From an uncultured Candidatus Saccharibacteria bacterium (GTDB lineage Bacteria; Patescibacteriota; Doudnabacteria; UBA920): a DNA stretch of 64,000 bases. Position 1 is the stretch's first letter. Each line of letters opens with the position of its first letter. Shown here one piece after another: positions 9,106-19,770 of the stretch. Under the pieces are notes generated by a model. That model made no database searches. It was not told the DNA's origin and saw only the letters and a list, made by a program, of their open reading frames with translations. The translations under genes and the position numbers were made by a program. The DNA lies in the NCBI GenBank assembly GCA_964473815.1, contig CAYYQK010000001.1, positions 179,845-243,844 of the forward strand, given 5' to 3'.

Positions 9106-10036
9106 TTACTGAGAGAGATGGTCCATCACTTCGTCAATAAACTTCTCGTGAACGACGACGATGTGGTGGTTGTACTCCGTAATTTCTTTCAGTGGCTTGG
9201 GATCGAAAAGCTGAAGTTTGTGTAGGATTACCCCGGTTTCCCAAACCGGACGAAGAAACTTGTAGCCAAGCTTTTTGCAGATTCCGTAGATCGGGGTCCA
9301 GTCCCATGGAGTGCATTTGCCTGGTTCCAGAACCACAAGACCCACTTCTTGCTTCCATAGTCTGGCCATCGAGATACCGATGCTTCCGTCGCTGAGAGTA
9401 TGATTCTTCGTTAAACCGCCAAACCGAGGTTCGTCTATCAAAGCGCGGATCGCCGTCGGCAAATTTACGGCTGGGTCTCGAAGCATGCCGTACACCTCAG
9501 TGAGACTGTTATATGTTGGGGGAACTAAAGTTTCTCGCTGCACATCATCGATGAGGCGATGCACTGTGTCTGACCCTGGTCGATAGTAGTAAATCTCACC
9601 AGTATTTACATCACCAATGAATGATCCGACCACTTCCCTGCCGTTAACCAAAGCAATCATGGTGCCGACGCCATGTGATTGTTTCCGAACGAACGCTTTT
9701 GTGCCGTCGAGCGGATCTATGGTCACATAAATGTGTCCGCCTGGGAGCGTGCAGTCAATGCGAAGATCGTCTTCTTCGGCGATGATTCCCATGCCAGGAA
9801 AACATTCGGTTACAAGTTTGACGTAAATTCTTTGCGCCGCTTCGTCAGCAGAACTCTTCACGTCGTCCATATTCCCCGAATAACCCATTTTGCCTTCCGC
9901 GTGGAAAGCAATCCTTTGGTTCTGAATGGCAACTTGCGCCCGCCGAACCATCTCTTTGAAAATTAGACCAATCGCAGGTCCGGTGACATTTCCTAGTATC
10001 ACTTCATTGTTCATCTTAGTTATTTTGTCCTCCATT
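9106..10036 (-). CDS. Inositol monophosphatase / CysQ-family phosphatase
   Basis: GIIAEEDD ... VTIDPLDGTKAFV metal-binding motifs of the IMPase/FIG superfamily. The tool ORF extends to 10218, but that N-terminal extension overlaps the next gene and lacks the domain, so the start was moved to an internal Met (MEDKITKMNNEV). The exact start is uncertain. Confidence 0.6.
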
Positions 10037-10123
10037 AAGCTTGTTATGATACCTAAAAAAAGGACTTTTGTCAATAGTATTATAAAAAAGCACAAAAAAA
10101 GGAGGTCCGAAGACCTCGACGAA

Positions 10124-10456
10124 TCAGTTTTGTTGGCGAAAATTGCGAGCCTTGAAATTCTTGTCAAAAAGCGAACGGTAAGCTCGAAAGTCTTGCCTAG
10201 CATTGGCATTCTGCTCATTCAGAACCCCAGGGACCATTTCTAGTTCAGTCGAATAGCAAACAACAACGGGCTTTGACCTCGGCGCATCGCTTAAATAATA
10301 GACAAATTCCTCAGTGTCAGTTTCCTCGTCATAATCTGTTTCGATTATCCGGACATAGCCAATTTTCCGTATTGGATCCCCGTCTGGGGAATCTTTGTAC
10401 GACATGTAGAAAGTGGCTGTCCCGATTGAAAAAACTTTCTCTTCTTTCTTTGCCAT
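10124..10456 (-). CDS. Hypothetical small acidic protein
   Basis: Start chosen at MAKKEEK, where GGGGG lies 7 nt upstream of the ATG. 111 aa. No family recognised. Confidence 0.4.
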   Translation of the reverse strand: MAKKEEKVFSIGTATFYMSYKDSPDGDPIRKIGYVRIIETDYDEETDTEEFVYYLSDAPRSKPVVVCYSTELEMVPGVLNEQNANARQDFRAYRSLFDKNFKARNFRQQN

Positions 10457-10508
10457 CACTATACCCCCTTCGCAACAATCTTTTGATAACATCCATATAA
10501 TACCAAAA

Positions 10509-10531
10509 ACACGCCCCTCTAGAAAGCGTGT
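10509..10531 (-). terminator. Hairpin terminator
   Basis: ACACGC-CCCTCTAGAAA-GCGTGT with an A-run/T-run flank, downstream of the 10619..11167 gene. Confidence 0.45.
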
Positions 10532-10618
10532 AGTTGGAACTCAATAAGTTATTTAGCTATAAGAGCTATTTGCATTATATCAGTCGGAATTGCCCGCGCA
10601 AGGGCATGCCTGTGGATA

Positions 10619-11167
10619 TTATTTAGTAGCCGAAGCAATGGTTACAGACTGTCTTGCAACCTTCCCATCAGATTCAGAAATCTTGATGTTTACAGCCTTA
10701 TTTATGAAGTTTGCTTTCAAAGAACTTGGCACTGTCCAGTTGACGCCAGTTGCTTCTGACCCACTCTTGGTGATCACATAATCAATACAAGTTTTTTGCC
10801 CTGCACAGCTTGGGTCTTCCAAAGCAACTGTAGCTGCTTTTCCATTTCCACCAGCCCATTTGATCAAGACTTTAGAATTGACTGTAAGTTTTTGCCCCGC
10901 AGCTGGAGAGATCACTCTAAAAGTTGATACTGGCTTAGCTGCCGGGTTCACTGGAACAACAGTATCATCCACATCGATCGGATTCAATTTAGGCATACTC
11001 GAACCTAAGTGTTCTTTTGCAAAATCGGTTCTGAAAAATACGAATGCTGCCAAAATGATTAGTACTAAAGCGACTAACCCTTTGACTTTATGGTCATGCC
11101 ATTCAGCACTACTCATGCCAGCTGGCTTGCTCAACTTCAAAGAAGTTGATGATTTAGTTTTGGCCAT
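10619..11167 (-). CDS. Secreted/membrane-anchored hypothetical protein
   Basis: 182 aa with an N-terminal signal-anchor helix (LVALVLIILAAFVFF) and an extracytoplasmic beta-rich region. No motif recognised. Confidence 0.4.
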   Translation of the reverse strand: MAKTKSSTSLKLSKPAGMSSAEWHDHKVKGLVALVLIILAAFVFFRTDFAKEHLGSSMPKLNPIDVDDTVVPVNPAAKPVSTFRVISPAAGQKLTVNSKVLIKWAGGNGKAATVALEDPSCAGQKTCIDYVITKSGSEATGVNWTVPSSLKANFINKAVNIKISESDGKVARQSVTIASATK

Positions 11168-11290
11168 TTATTTTGGTTTCTTAATTTTAAGTTTTCTTTA
11201 CTATAATTTTAACAGTTTTTCAAGATTTTGCCTTCCAAAAAAGTGGATAAATCAGCATAATAATATTTTTTAGAAATTTAAAAACAGCCC

Positions 11291-11319
11291 CCTCTAGAAG
11301 GGCTGTTTTCAAAATTACG
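11291..11319 (-). terminator. Perfect hairpin terminator after tRNA cluster
   Basis: AAAACAGCCC-CCTCTAGAAG-GGCTGTTTT. Perfect 9-bp stem plus A/T runs, immediately 3' of tRNA-Asp on the minus strand. Confidence 0.7.
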
Positions 11320-11329
11320 TGGCGGACTG

Positions 11330-11406
11330 AACGGGACTCGAACCCGCGACCTTCCGCGTGACAGGCGGACGCTCTAACCAACTGAGCTACCAGTCCAGAT
11401 TTTACA
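11330..11406 (-). tRNA. tRNA-Asp (GTC)
   Basis: Reverse complement GGACTGGTAGCTCAGTTGGTTAGAGCGTCCGCCTGTCACGCGGAAGGTCGCGGGTTCGAGTCCCGTTCAGTCCGCCA folds as a cloverleaf. Anticodon loop is CTGTCAC. CCA is encoded. Confidence 0.9.
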
Positions 11407-11445
11407 TATCACTTGGCCAACGCCAAATATTTTGTTGGTACCGGC

Positions 11446-11521
11446 GACAGGGATTGAACCTGTGACCTAAGGCTTATGAGTCCTTCGCTCTACCAACTGA
11501 GCTACGCCGGCTTAGTATTTA
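11446..11521 (-). tRNA. tRNA-Met (CAT), elongator type (or tRNA-Ile2 if lysidinylated)
   Basis: Reverse complement GCCGGCGTAGCTCAGTTGGTAGAGCGAAGGACTCATAAGCCTTAGGTCACAGGTTCAATCCCTGTCGCCGGTACCA. Anticodon CAT. The 1:72 G-C pair rules out an initiator. Confidence 0.8.
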
Positions 11522-11560
11522 CGCGACGCAGTGAGCGCGGCGATTTTCTTTGGTTGCGGG

Positions 11561-11636
11561 GCCGGGATTCGAACCCGGAACCTCAAGGTTATGAGCCTTG
11601 CGAGCTGCCAATTGCTCTACCCCGCGTCATGTATAA
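11561..11636 (-). tRNA. tRNA-fMet (CAT), initiator
   Basis: Reverse complement CGCGGGGTAGAGCAATTGGCAGCTCGCAAGGCTCATAACCTTGAGGTTCCGGGTTCGAATCCCGGCCCCGCAACCA. C1:A72 mismatch and an A11:U24 pair mark an initiator. Anticodon CAT. Confidence 0.85.
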
Positions 11637-11664
11637 TCTAGTGTTTTGACCAGATACCTGAGGA

Positions 11665-11692
11665 TTATATCACTAATCCGCGAATTTGGCAA
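11665..11692 (-). promoter_or_regulatory. Sigma-70-type promoter for the tRNA cluster (TTGCCA-17-TATAAT)
   Basis: Minus-strand reading gives TTGCCAAATTCGCGGATTAGTGATATAATCC about 25 nt upstream of the tRNA-fMet 5' end. Confidence 0.55.
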
Positions 11693-11722
11693 GGTTTTTA
11701 TATGGAATATGAAGATAAAAAA

Positions 11723-11748
11723 AGACGGTGACACATTGCTCACCGTCT
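11723..11748 (-). terminator. Hairpin terminator
   Basis: AAAAAA-AGACGGTGA-CACATTGC-TCACCGTCT downstream of the 11771..12736 gene. Confidence 0.6.
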
Positions 11749-11770
11749 AGTATCTTTACCGACCTGATTC

Positions 11771-12736
11771 TTAGGCCGTCATTTCGAGAAATGCGAAATC
11801 TTGGATTTCCTCACCGACTTCGGACTGCTCACTTTGGAGATCGCAGACGTTCAGCAGGTGTTGACCGAAATCAAAGATCACGTCTTTGAAGACATGCAGA
11901 ACAAGCTCGTCGCCGACCATTAGGTATTCCGCTGGGATTATCGGAAGGTCGTGACCGGTGGACCGTTGTTCACCAGGGATCACTTTCATCAGCCCGCAAA
12001 AAGCTTCTTCCACTTTGTCTTCAGAATCCGAATTCTTTCGCATTTGACCGATCCGCATGGTTTTGTCAAAAACACATCCGTTTCGGTAAATGGTCAATAC
12101 CCCCGATCTGAGTTCTTTTGATGCGACTAGGCAATCGAAATGCGTATTGTCGTATTTGAAAACGTTTCGACCATTTTCATCCGCGACTACCCCGAACTTC
12201 ACTGTTTGCCTCGGTCGGGAACTTCGCACCACTTCAGCGCCTAGCAAAATTTCCTCGGGTTTCCGATTTAATATGCATGTGGCGCTTTTGAACAGAGTGG
12301 TAATATTGACTACAGGGTTGGGGCCCGGCTGCACGTACACTGCATCAATGCCCACAATTTTGGGAATCATGCTTTGAACATTTCCGAATCCATGCTGGGT
12401 TCTTTCCCCCTGAATGAATATCAGAACCGGTGTTTCCTGTTCAAGTGGGATGGTACACTCTGCTTTGTTGAAATAGCCGATAGCTGTCCAGCCTCGTGGG
12501 AAAACGATAACTGTCTCGTCGTCAAATTGAGTAACATCTCCCTTTCGAAGGATTGTAAAGGTTGCGTGTTGTTTCTCCGGGTCGCCCTTTGAAGAACTCC
12601 TTGGGGTAATCAACCTTCGCAGGTAGTCTCCCATTGGACTCTCTTTGAAGCGTTTCAGATCCTCCCGATTGGTAACAACAAAACTAAAGTTTTGGCCGAT
12701 CGGGTTTGTTCCTGGGTCTTCTCGTACTCCTAACAT
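11771..12736 (-). CDS. Hypothetical protein (about 321 aa)
   Basis: Long intact ORF. The tool start at 12769 is a GTG. An in-frame ATG (MLGVREDPG...) sits just downstream of AGGAGGGGAG, so the start was set there. No family recognised. Confidence 0.45.
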   Translation of the reverse strand: MLGVREDPGTNPIGQNFSFVVTNREDLKRFKESPMGDYLRRLITPRSSSKGDPEKQHATFTILRKGDVTQFDDETVIVFPRGWTAIGYFNKAECTIPLEQETPVLIFIQGERTQHGFGNVQSMIPKIVGIDAVYVQPGPNPVVNITTLFKSATCILNRKPEEILLGAEVVRSSRPRQTVKFGVVADENGRNVFKYDNTHFDCLVASKELRSGVLTIYRNGCVFDKTMRIGQMRKNSDSEDKVEEAFCGLMKVIPGEQRSTGHDLPIIPAEYLMVGDELVLHVFKDVIFDFGQHLLNVCDLQSEQSEVGEEIQDFAFLEMTA

Positions 12737-12863
12737 CTCCCCTCCTATCGTTGTGAGTAATTTTGGCACTTAGGGTTCATCCCCCAAGCAAGTACTTTAA
12801 CACATCTATTTAATAATTACAAGGGTTTATGATCGACAAATGAATATTCAAGATAAAAACAAA

Positions 12864-12881
12864 ACCACCCGTTCGGGTGGT
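12864..12881 (-). terminator. Hairpin terminator
   Basis: AAAACCACCCG-TTCG-GGTGGTTT downstream of the small basic protein gene. Confidence 0.5.
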
Positions 12882-12906
12882 TTCGCATCGCTTCGAAGCT
12901 CGCGAA

Positions 12907-13060
12907 TTAACGACGGCGCTTCTTAGCAGCTTTACGCTTAGCTGGGCGCTTTGCAGCTTTCTTAGCTGGGCGCTTTGCAGCCTTACGCTTTGCTGGGCGG
13001 CGCTTTGCAGCTTTCTTAGCAGCTGGGCGCTTTGCAGCTTTTCTCTTTTTTGCGGCCATT
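12907..13060 (-). CDS. Small lysine/alanine/arginine-rich histone-like basic protein (50 aa)
   Basis: Minus-strand ATG at 13060 with AGGAGA 9 nt upstream. It encodes MAAKKRKAAKRPAAKKAAKRRPAKRKAAKRPAKKAAKRPAKRKAAKKRRR and ends at a TAA. The DNA is an imperfect tandem repeat of AAAGCTGCAAAGCGCCCAGCT units. It is absent from the track because it is under 60 aa; the plus-strand 12877..13068 ORF is its antisense artefact. Confidence 0.6.
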
Positions 13061-13253
13061 GTGGCTAGTCTCCTGAGATAAATTATTTTGTTTTATCTCA
13101 TTTTAATTTCTACTTCTTCGCAAAGCGCGAAGGTTAGTAGTACAAATAATTTTGCGTTTCTGTTTCTGTAAGCAAATTTTTATTTGCGTTCAGATTTCTG
13201 TTTCACAAGTCTTAATTGACTAATATAATTATAAGATTTTGTCTATTGCACAG

Positions 13254-13946
13254 TCAAGAGTCATTGTGTATAACTTTTTTTAGTTTTGCGCGCAATTTTT
13301 GTGACAGAAGTGTGTTAATTTCTTTTTGCAAACGCTGTTGTGATATTTTTTTAATCAAAACTTTATTTTTTTGCAAAGCGAGTTTGGTTTTGTTTTCAAA
13401 CTGCAAATTGTATTGTAATGCAAATCGGTAAGCGCGGATAATTCGTAAAGGATCTTCTTTAATTCTTTTATCGGCATTGCCAATAAATTTTAATCTTTTA
13501 TTTTTAATATCTGCGAGCCCATTATGAAAGTCTAATAATTCCTTTGTTAAAGGTGAGTAGTAGAGAGCGTTTATAGTAAAGTCTCGGCGGGTGCTATCTG
13601 TTTTAACGCTTTTAGTTAAGCTGATTTTAGGGTAACGGCTATCTAGATAACTGTCTTTGCGGAAGGTTGTAATCTCGACTTTTTGCGTGCCTTTGGATGC
13701 CACAATTACCCCGAATTTCTTGTGAGTACCTGTAGTAGAAACACCGTCCTTTTTTAGCAACAAAGTAACTTGTTCAGGTGTTGCGATTGTGGCAATGTCT
13801 ATATCAGAAATTTTGTGGCCTAATAAAAAATTGCGCACAGCACCACCGACAAAATATGTTTGTGGATATTGTGACGCAATTATATTAAAAACATGTGATG
13901 CAAATTTTTGCTTGGCAAAAATTTTATTCATGAAGAACACCTTCAC
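13254..13946 (-). CDS. tRNA nucleotidyltransferase / poly(A) polymerase-family head domain protein (CCA-, CC- or A-adding)
   Basis: 230 aa. GGAVRNFLLG ... DIDIAT (Pol-beta NT motif) and RRDFTINAL. Short for a full CCA enzyme, as it lacks an HD domain. Confidence 0.65.
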   Translation of the reverse strand: MKVFFMNKIFAKQKFASHVFNIIASQYPQTYFVGGAVRNFLLGHKISDIDIATIATPEQVTLLLKKDGVSTTGTHKKFGVIVASKGTQKVEITTFRKDSYLDSRYPKISLTKSVKTDSTRRDFTINALYYSPLTKELLDFHNGLADIKNKRLKFIGNADKRIKEDPLRIIRAYRFALQYNLQFENKTKLALQKNKVLIKKISQQRLQKEINTLLSQKLRAKLKKVIHNDS

Positions 13947-14379
13947 TAGTTATTCTTGTTTTGCGATGCGCATGTTTGCGTGCAATGTTTATTCTGCTTA
14001 AGTTACGTTGCAACCACACTGCAGCCATACTGTATTCTTCGTCTGATAAATTTTGTTCGCGTAAGATTTTTTCTGCTTCTAGTTTTGCTTCTTCTGCGCG
14101 GGCTAAATCAATTTCGTAATAGTGCTCTGCGGCATCAGCTAAAATTATAACTTCGTTACCACCTTCTTGCACTTGCACAAAGCCACCGGCAACGTGAATG
14201 TTGTTTTCTTCACCACCGTTTTTAGTGACTAACTCCCCACTCTTGAGCGTTGCAATAATCGGTGCATGGCCAGGCAGGATCGTGATTTGCCCTTCTGTAG
14301 TTGGACACGACAAACTAGCCAATTCTTCGGTAAGAACGGTTCGTTCAGGGGTTACGAGTTGGACATTGAGTTTAGCCAT
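13924..14379 (-). CDS. atpC: F1 ATP synthase epsilon subunit
   Basis: 151 aa immediately downstream of atpD. N-terminal beta-sandwich-like region and C-terminal helical region (EIDLARAEEAKLEAEKIL). Confidence 0.8.
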   Translation of the reverse strand: MAKLNVQLVTPERTVLTEELASLSCPTTEGQITILPGHAPIIATLKSGELVTKNGGEENNIHVAGGFVQVQEGGNEVIILADAAEHYYEIDLARAEEAKLEAEKILREQNLSDEEYSMAAVWLQRNLSRINIARKHAHRKTRITSEGVLHE

Positions 14380-14381
14380 GT

Positions 14382-16695
<2,314 letters not shown>

Positions 16696-16698
16696 TTA

Positions 16699-18210
16699 TT
16701 ATTTATTCCAACCTTGCTTGAAAGCCTCAATCGAAGCTTTTAATTTTGCCTCAGTATCTTCTTCCAAATTCTTTGAGTCGCGGATTGCTGCGAGTACTTC
16801 TTTGCCTTTTGAATCACTGTCCATAAAGTCGTAGAAATCTTTTTCAAACTGTTGCAACTTTTCTACGGCAATATCATTTAGCAAACCATTGTTCACTGCA
16901 TACAAAATCACAACTTGTTTTTCCATAGCTACTGGTGAATATTGTGGTTGCTTCAATAGCTCTGTTAAACGGCGACCGAGTTCTAATTGTTCACGAGTTG
17001 CTTCATCAAGGTCACTGCCGAATTGTGCGAAGGCTTCAAGTTCACGGAACTGAGCAAGGGAAAGCTTCAACTTGCCAGCAACTTTTTTAATTGCCTTGGT
17101 CTGCGCAGATGAACCCACACGAGACACAGAGGTTCCAACGTTCACTGCTGGACGAATACCTTTGTAGAACAAATCGCTTTCTAAGAAAATCTGACCATCA
17201 GTAATAGAAATTACATTTGTTGGGATGTAAGCAGAAATGTCACCAGCCTGGGTTTCAATAATCGGCAACGCGGTTATAGAACCACCACCATTGTCGGCAT
17301 TCATTTTTGCAGCGCGTTCGAGTAATCGAGAGTGCAAGTAGAACACATCTCCAGGATAAGCTTCACGACCGGGTGGGCGACGAAGTAGCAAAGAAATTTC
17401 GCGGTAAGCCACCGCTTGCTTGGAAAGATCATCGTAAACAATCAATACATCTTTACCTTGATCCATAAAGTATTCAGCCATAGAAGTCGCACTGTACGGC
17501 GCTATGTAAGAAAGAGCAGCTGGTTCAGAAGCACCAGCAGACACAACAATTGTGTAATCCATTGCCCCGCGTTCTTCAAGCTCTGCTACAATCTTGGCAA
17601 TCTTACTTTCTTTCTGGCCAACAGCAACGTAAACACAAATCATGTTCTGACCTTTTTGGTTGATGATTGTGTCAATTGCCACAGCAGTTTTACCGGTTTG
17701 GCGGTCGCCAATAATTAACTCACGTTGACCACGGCCAATAGGAATTAGAGCATCAATAGCTTTAATACCAGTTTGAACCGGTTGGTGTACACTCTGACGA
17801 GTAATAACACCAGGCGCAATTTTTTCTACCGGATAAAAATCTTTTGCAACAACTTCACCCTTGCCATCTTTTGGAGCACCTAAGCCAGACAAAACACGAC
17901 CGATTAAGCTTTCACCAACAGGGACAGACAAAATTTTTCCTGTTGAGCGAACAGTATCGCCTTGTTTAATATGCGAGAACTCGCCAAGAATAATCGCACC
18001 TACGCTGTGTTCTTCCAGGTTCAACGCAACACCATTAACTCCATTGCCAAAATCAAGCATTTCCATGCTCTTTACTTCGCTTAGACCAGAAATGCGCGCA
18101 ATACCATCTCCGACTTCCAATACTGTGCCGACTTTTTCTACAGAAACTGTGGGTTCGAAACCAGCGATCTGTTCCTTTAACTTATCTATAATATGTTGTG
18201 CGTTAGCCAT
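16699..18210 (-). CDS. atpA: F1 ATP synthase alpha subunit
   Basis: 503 aa. [19 protein letters not shown]-loop, and the alpha-subunit signature. Confidence 0.95.
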   Translation of the reverse strand: MANAQHIIDKLKEQIAGFEPTVSVEKVGTVLEVGDGIARISGLSEVKSMEMLDFGNGVNGVALNLEEHSVGAIILGEFSHIKQGDTVRSTGKILSVPVGESLIGRVLSGLGAPKDGKGEVVAKDFYPVEKIAPGVITRQSVHQPVQTGIKAIDALIPIGRGQRELIIGDRQTGKTAVAIDTIINQKGQNMICVYVAVGQKESKIAKIVAELEERGAMDYTIVVSAGASEPAALSYIAPYSATSMAEYFMDQGKDVLIVYDDLSKQAVAYREISLLLRRPPGREAYPGDVFYLHSRLLERAAKMNADNGGGSITALPIIETQAGDISAYIPTNVISITDGQIFLESDLFYKGIRPAVNVGTSVSRVGSSAQTKAIKKVAGKLKLSLAQFRELEAFAQFGSDLDEATREQLELGRRLTELLKQPQYSPVAMEKQVVILYAVNNGLLNDIAVEKLQQFEKDFYDFMDSDSKGKEVLAAIRDSKNLEEDTEAKLKASIEAFKQGWNK

Positions 18211-18604
18211 TGTTGCTTCCCTTCAAATTACTTTCCAAATTTTCTAAACTATTTTTGATGCTGCCATCTATTAGTGTATCGTCGATGCGGATGACAACCC
18301 CGCCAATTATACTTTCGTCTTGCTTGTGAATGATTTCTGCATTCTTTCCAACAATTTTATTTAAATCATCTATTACACCTTTATTGATTTTCGCTGTCGC
18401 AGTTGTTACTTCCACATCTATTACTCCGCGTTGTTGTTTGTCATAAACTTCATATTCTTCGATTATCGCTTCGTAACTTCCGAGATCACCGTTGTCTTTG
18501 AGAGTGCGAACAAAGTTATCGATTACGGTGTCGTGACCACGAGGGGTTGTTTCGCTGAGTGCTTCGTACAAAGCCTGAGCGTATTGTTGTTTACTATACC
18601 TCAT
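18203..18604 (-). CDS. atpH: F1 ATP synthase delta (OSCP) subunit, short form
   Basis: 133 aa between atpF and atpA. Ends [24 protein letters not shown], which is OSCP-like. Confidence 0.65.
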   Translation of the reverse strand: MRYSKQQYAQALYEALSETTPRGHDTVIDNFVRTLKDNGDLGSYEAIIEEYEVYDKQQRGVIDVEVTTATAKINKGVIDDLNKIVGKNAEIIHKQDESIIGGVVIRIDDTLIDGSIKNSLENLESNLKGSNNG

Positions 18605-19385
18605 GCTTGGCCTCCTTGAGCGCGTCTTCTATTAGTGCTGCGTCCTTTTTAGCATCAAGCTTTTGCTTCAAGATTTTTTCTGTTGCTCCAACTACCAAAC
18701 CAGCTAATTCAGTCTTTGCGCTTTCCACCATCATCTGTTTTTCTTGTTCGAGCTTAACTTGCGCTGCAGCAATTAATTTTGCCTGTTCTTCTTTGGTTTT
18801 ATCTAATAGATCAGATTTAACTTTTTCAGCATCACTTTTTGCCTGCGAAATAATGCTAGCTGCCTCGGCACGCACTTGGCTAATTTCCCCTTGCTTCCAA
18901 GAATCAAAAGTTTCGCGTTCTTGAGAAATTTTTTGTGCGTCCTCCAAAGAATTTTCAATCTTTTCTGTACGCTGCGCCAAACCTTTTGTTACAGGCGACC
19001 ACACCCACTTCCACAACACAAACAAGATTATTGCAAAGTTAATCAATTGGGCAACGAACAATTTCCAATTCAAACCAAACATACCAACAATTCCGGTGTT
19101 TTCTTCTGCAGTGGGTGCGCCGGATTCACTCGCCGCTTGAGTAACTTCTGCTCCAGCAGTATTTGCATTTCCATCCATGGTGCGATATTCAGCGTTCCCA
19201 GTTGCAGGTTGCAGACTTTGCGAACCATTTGAGTTTATAGGGGTTGTTTTTGTACTCGAAGTGTTCGTAGTTGCAGTAGGTTTTGTTGCTGTGGCTGCAC
19301 TTACAAAATTTATCCCAATTCCAAATACCATCACAGCTGACATGACAAGAGTAAAGATTGAAGTTCGTTTCATAGAAATTTTCAT
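18594..19385 (-). CDS. atpF: Fo ATP synthase b subunit with N-terminal signal-peptide/Thr-Ser-rich extension
   Basis: C-terminal 160 aa: TM helix FAIILFVLWKWVWSPV then a long charged helix. The N-terminal 100 aa hold a predicted signal peptide and a low-complexity TATKPTATTNTSSTKTTP region. The true start may be the internal Met (MFGLNW). Confidence 0.65.
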   Translation of the reverse strand: MKISMKRTSIFTLVMSAVMVFGIGINFVSAATATKPTATTNTSSTKTTPINSNGSQSLQPATGNAEYRTMDGNANTAGAEVTQAASESGAPTAEENTGIVGMFGLNWKLFVAQLINFAIILFVLWKWVWSPVTKGLAQRTEKIENSLEDAQKISQERETFDSWKQGEISQVRAEAASIISQAKSDAEKVKSDLLDKTKEEQAKLIAAAQVKLEQEKQMMVESAKTELAGLVVGATEKILKQKLDAKKDAALIEDALKEAKHEV

Positions 19386-19444
19386 TTATAGATAGTAGTT
19401 AGAATTGAGCGGGGTGCACTGAGTAATTGAAGCACCCCACAGGT

Positions 19445-19663
19445 TTACAAGATAAAGGTAATAACCAAAGCGTAAATCGCGATAGCTTCGGCAAAGGCCA
19501 TACCAAGCAACATCGGTACGAACAATTTGTCTACGCTTTCTGGGTTGCGGCCAATGGATTCCATAGCCTTAGCACCGATTTTACCGATACCTAAAGCTGG
19601 ACCAATCCCACCCACAGCGATTGTGATTGCTTTCGCAAGCAATTTCATAGTTTCTGCGTCCAT
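19445..19663 (-). CDS. atpE: Fo ATP synthase c subunit
   Basis: Start trimmed to MDAETMK, where AAGGA lies 7 nt upstream. Two-helix hairpin with GRNPE loop and AFAEAIAIYALVI. Confidence 0.8.
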   Translation of the reverse strand: MDAETMKLLAKAITIAVGGIGPALGIGKIGAKAMESIGRNPESVDKLFVPMLLGMAFAEAIAIYALVITFIL

Positions 19664-19770
19664 ATTTTTTCCTTTGCAATCTCGACTGGGAAAATATTTA
19701 AAGTCGTATTGCGTTAAGTGATTAATATCAGGGTTCATCTTTTGATAAAACCTGATGCAGACCACTTAAA

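Noticed and set aside
9106-10218. Long N-terminal extension of the inositol-monophosphatase ORF
   Set aside because: The first 60 residues overlap the start of the upstream gene (10124..10456), are hydrophobic and junk-like, and precede an internal Met after which the IMPase domain begins. The start was moved to 10036.
10590-10618. GCCCGCGCAAGGGC mini-hairpin in the 10493-10618 intergenic region as a regulatory element
   Set aside because: Only a 4-bp stem. The better-formed ACACGC...GCGTGT hairpin nearby already explains termination.
11771-12769. Possible horizontally acquired island next to the tRNA genes, judged on GC
   Set aside because: Spot counts gave about 45-50% GC, similar to highly expressed genes such as atpD here. 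No integrase, att-like repeat or clear composition break was visible, so it is kept only as a low-interest orphan gene.
12877-13068. Listed plus-strand 63-aa ORF with SWALCSFL repeats
   Set aside because: It is the antisense reading of the Lys/Ala/Arg-repeat gene. The minus strand has an RBS, ATG, stop and terminator, whereas the plus frame has no RBS and encodes a Cys/Leu/Trp low-complexity product.
19664-19765. 34-residue N-terminal extension on the atpE ORF
   Set aside because: The c subunit proper starts at MDAETMK, which has an AAGGA Shine-Dalgarno. The extension lacks one and would add a non-hydrophobic leader unknown for c subunits.
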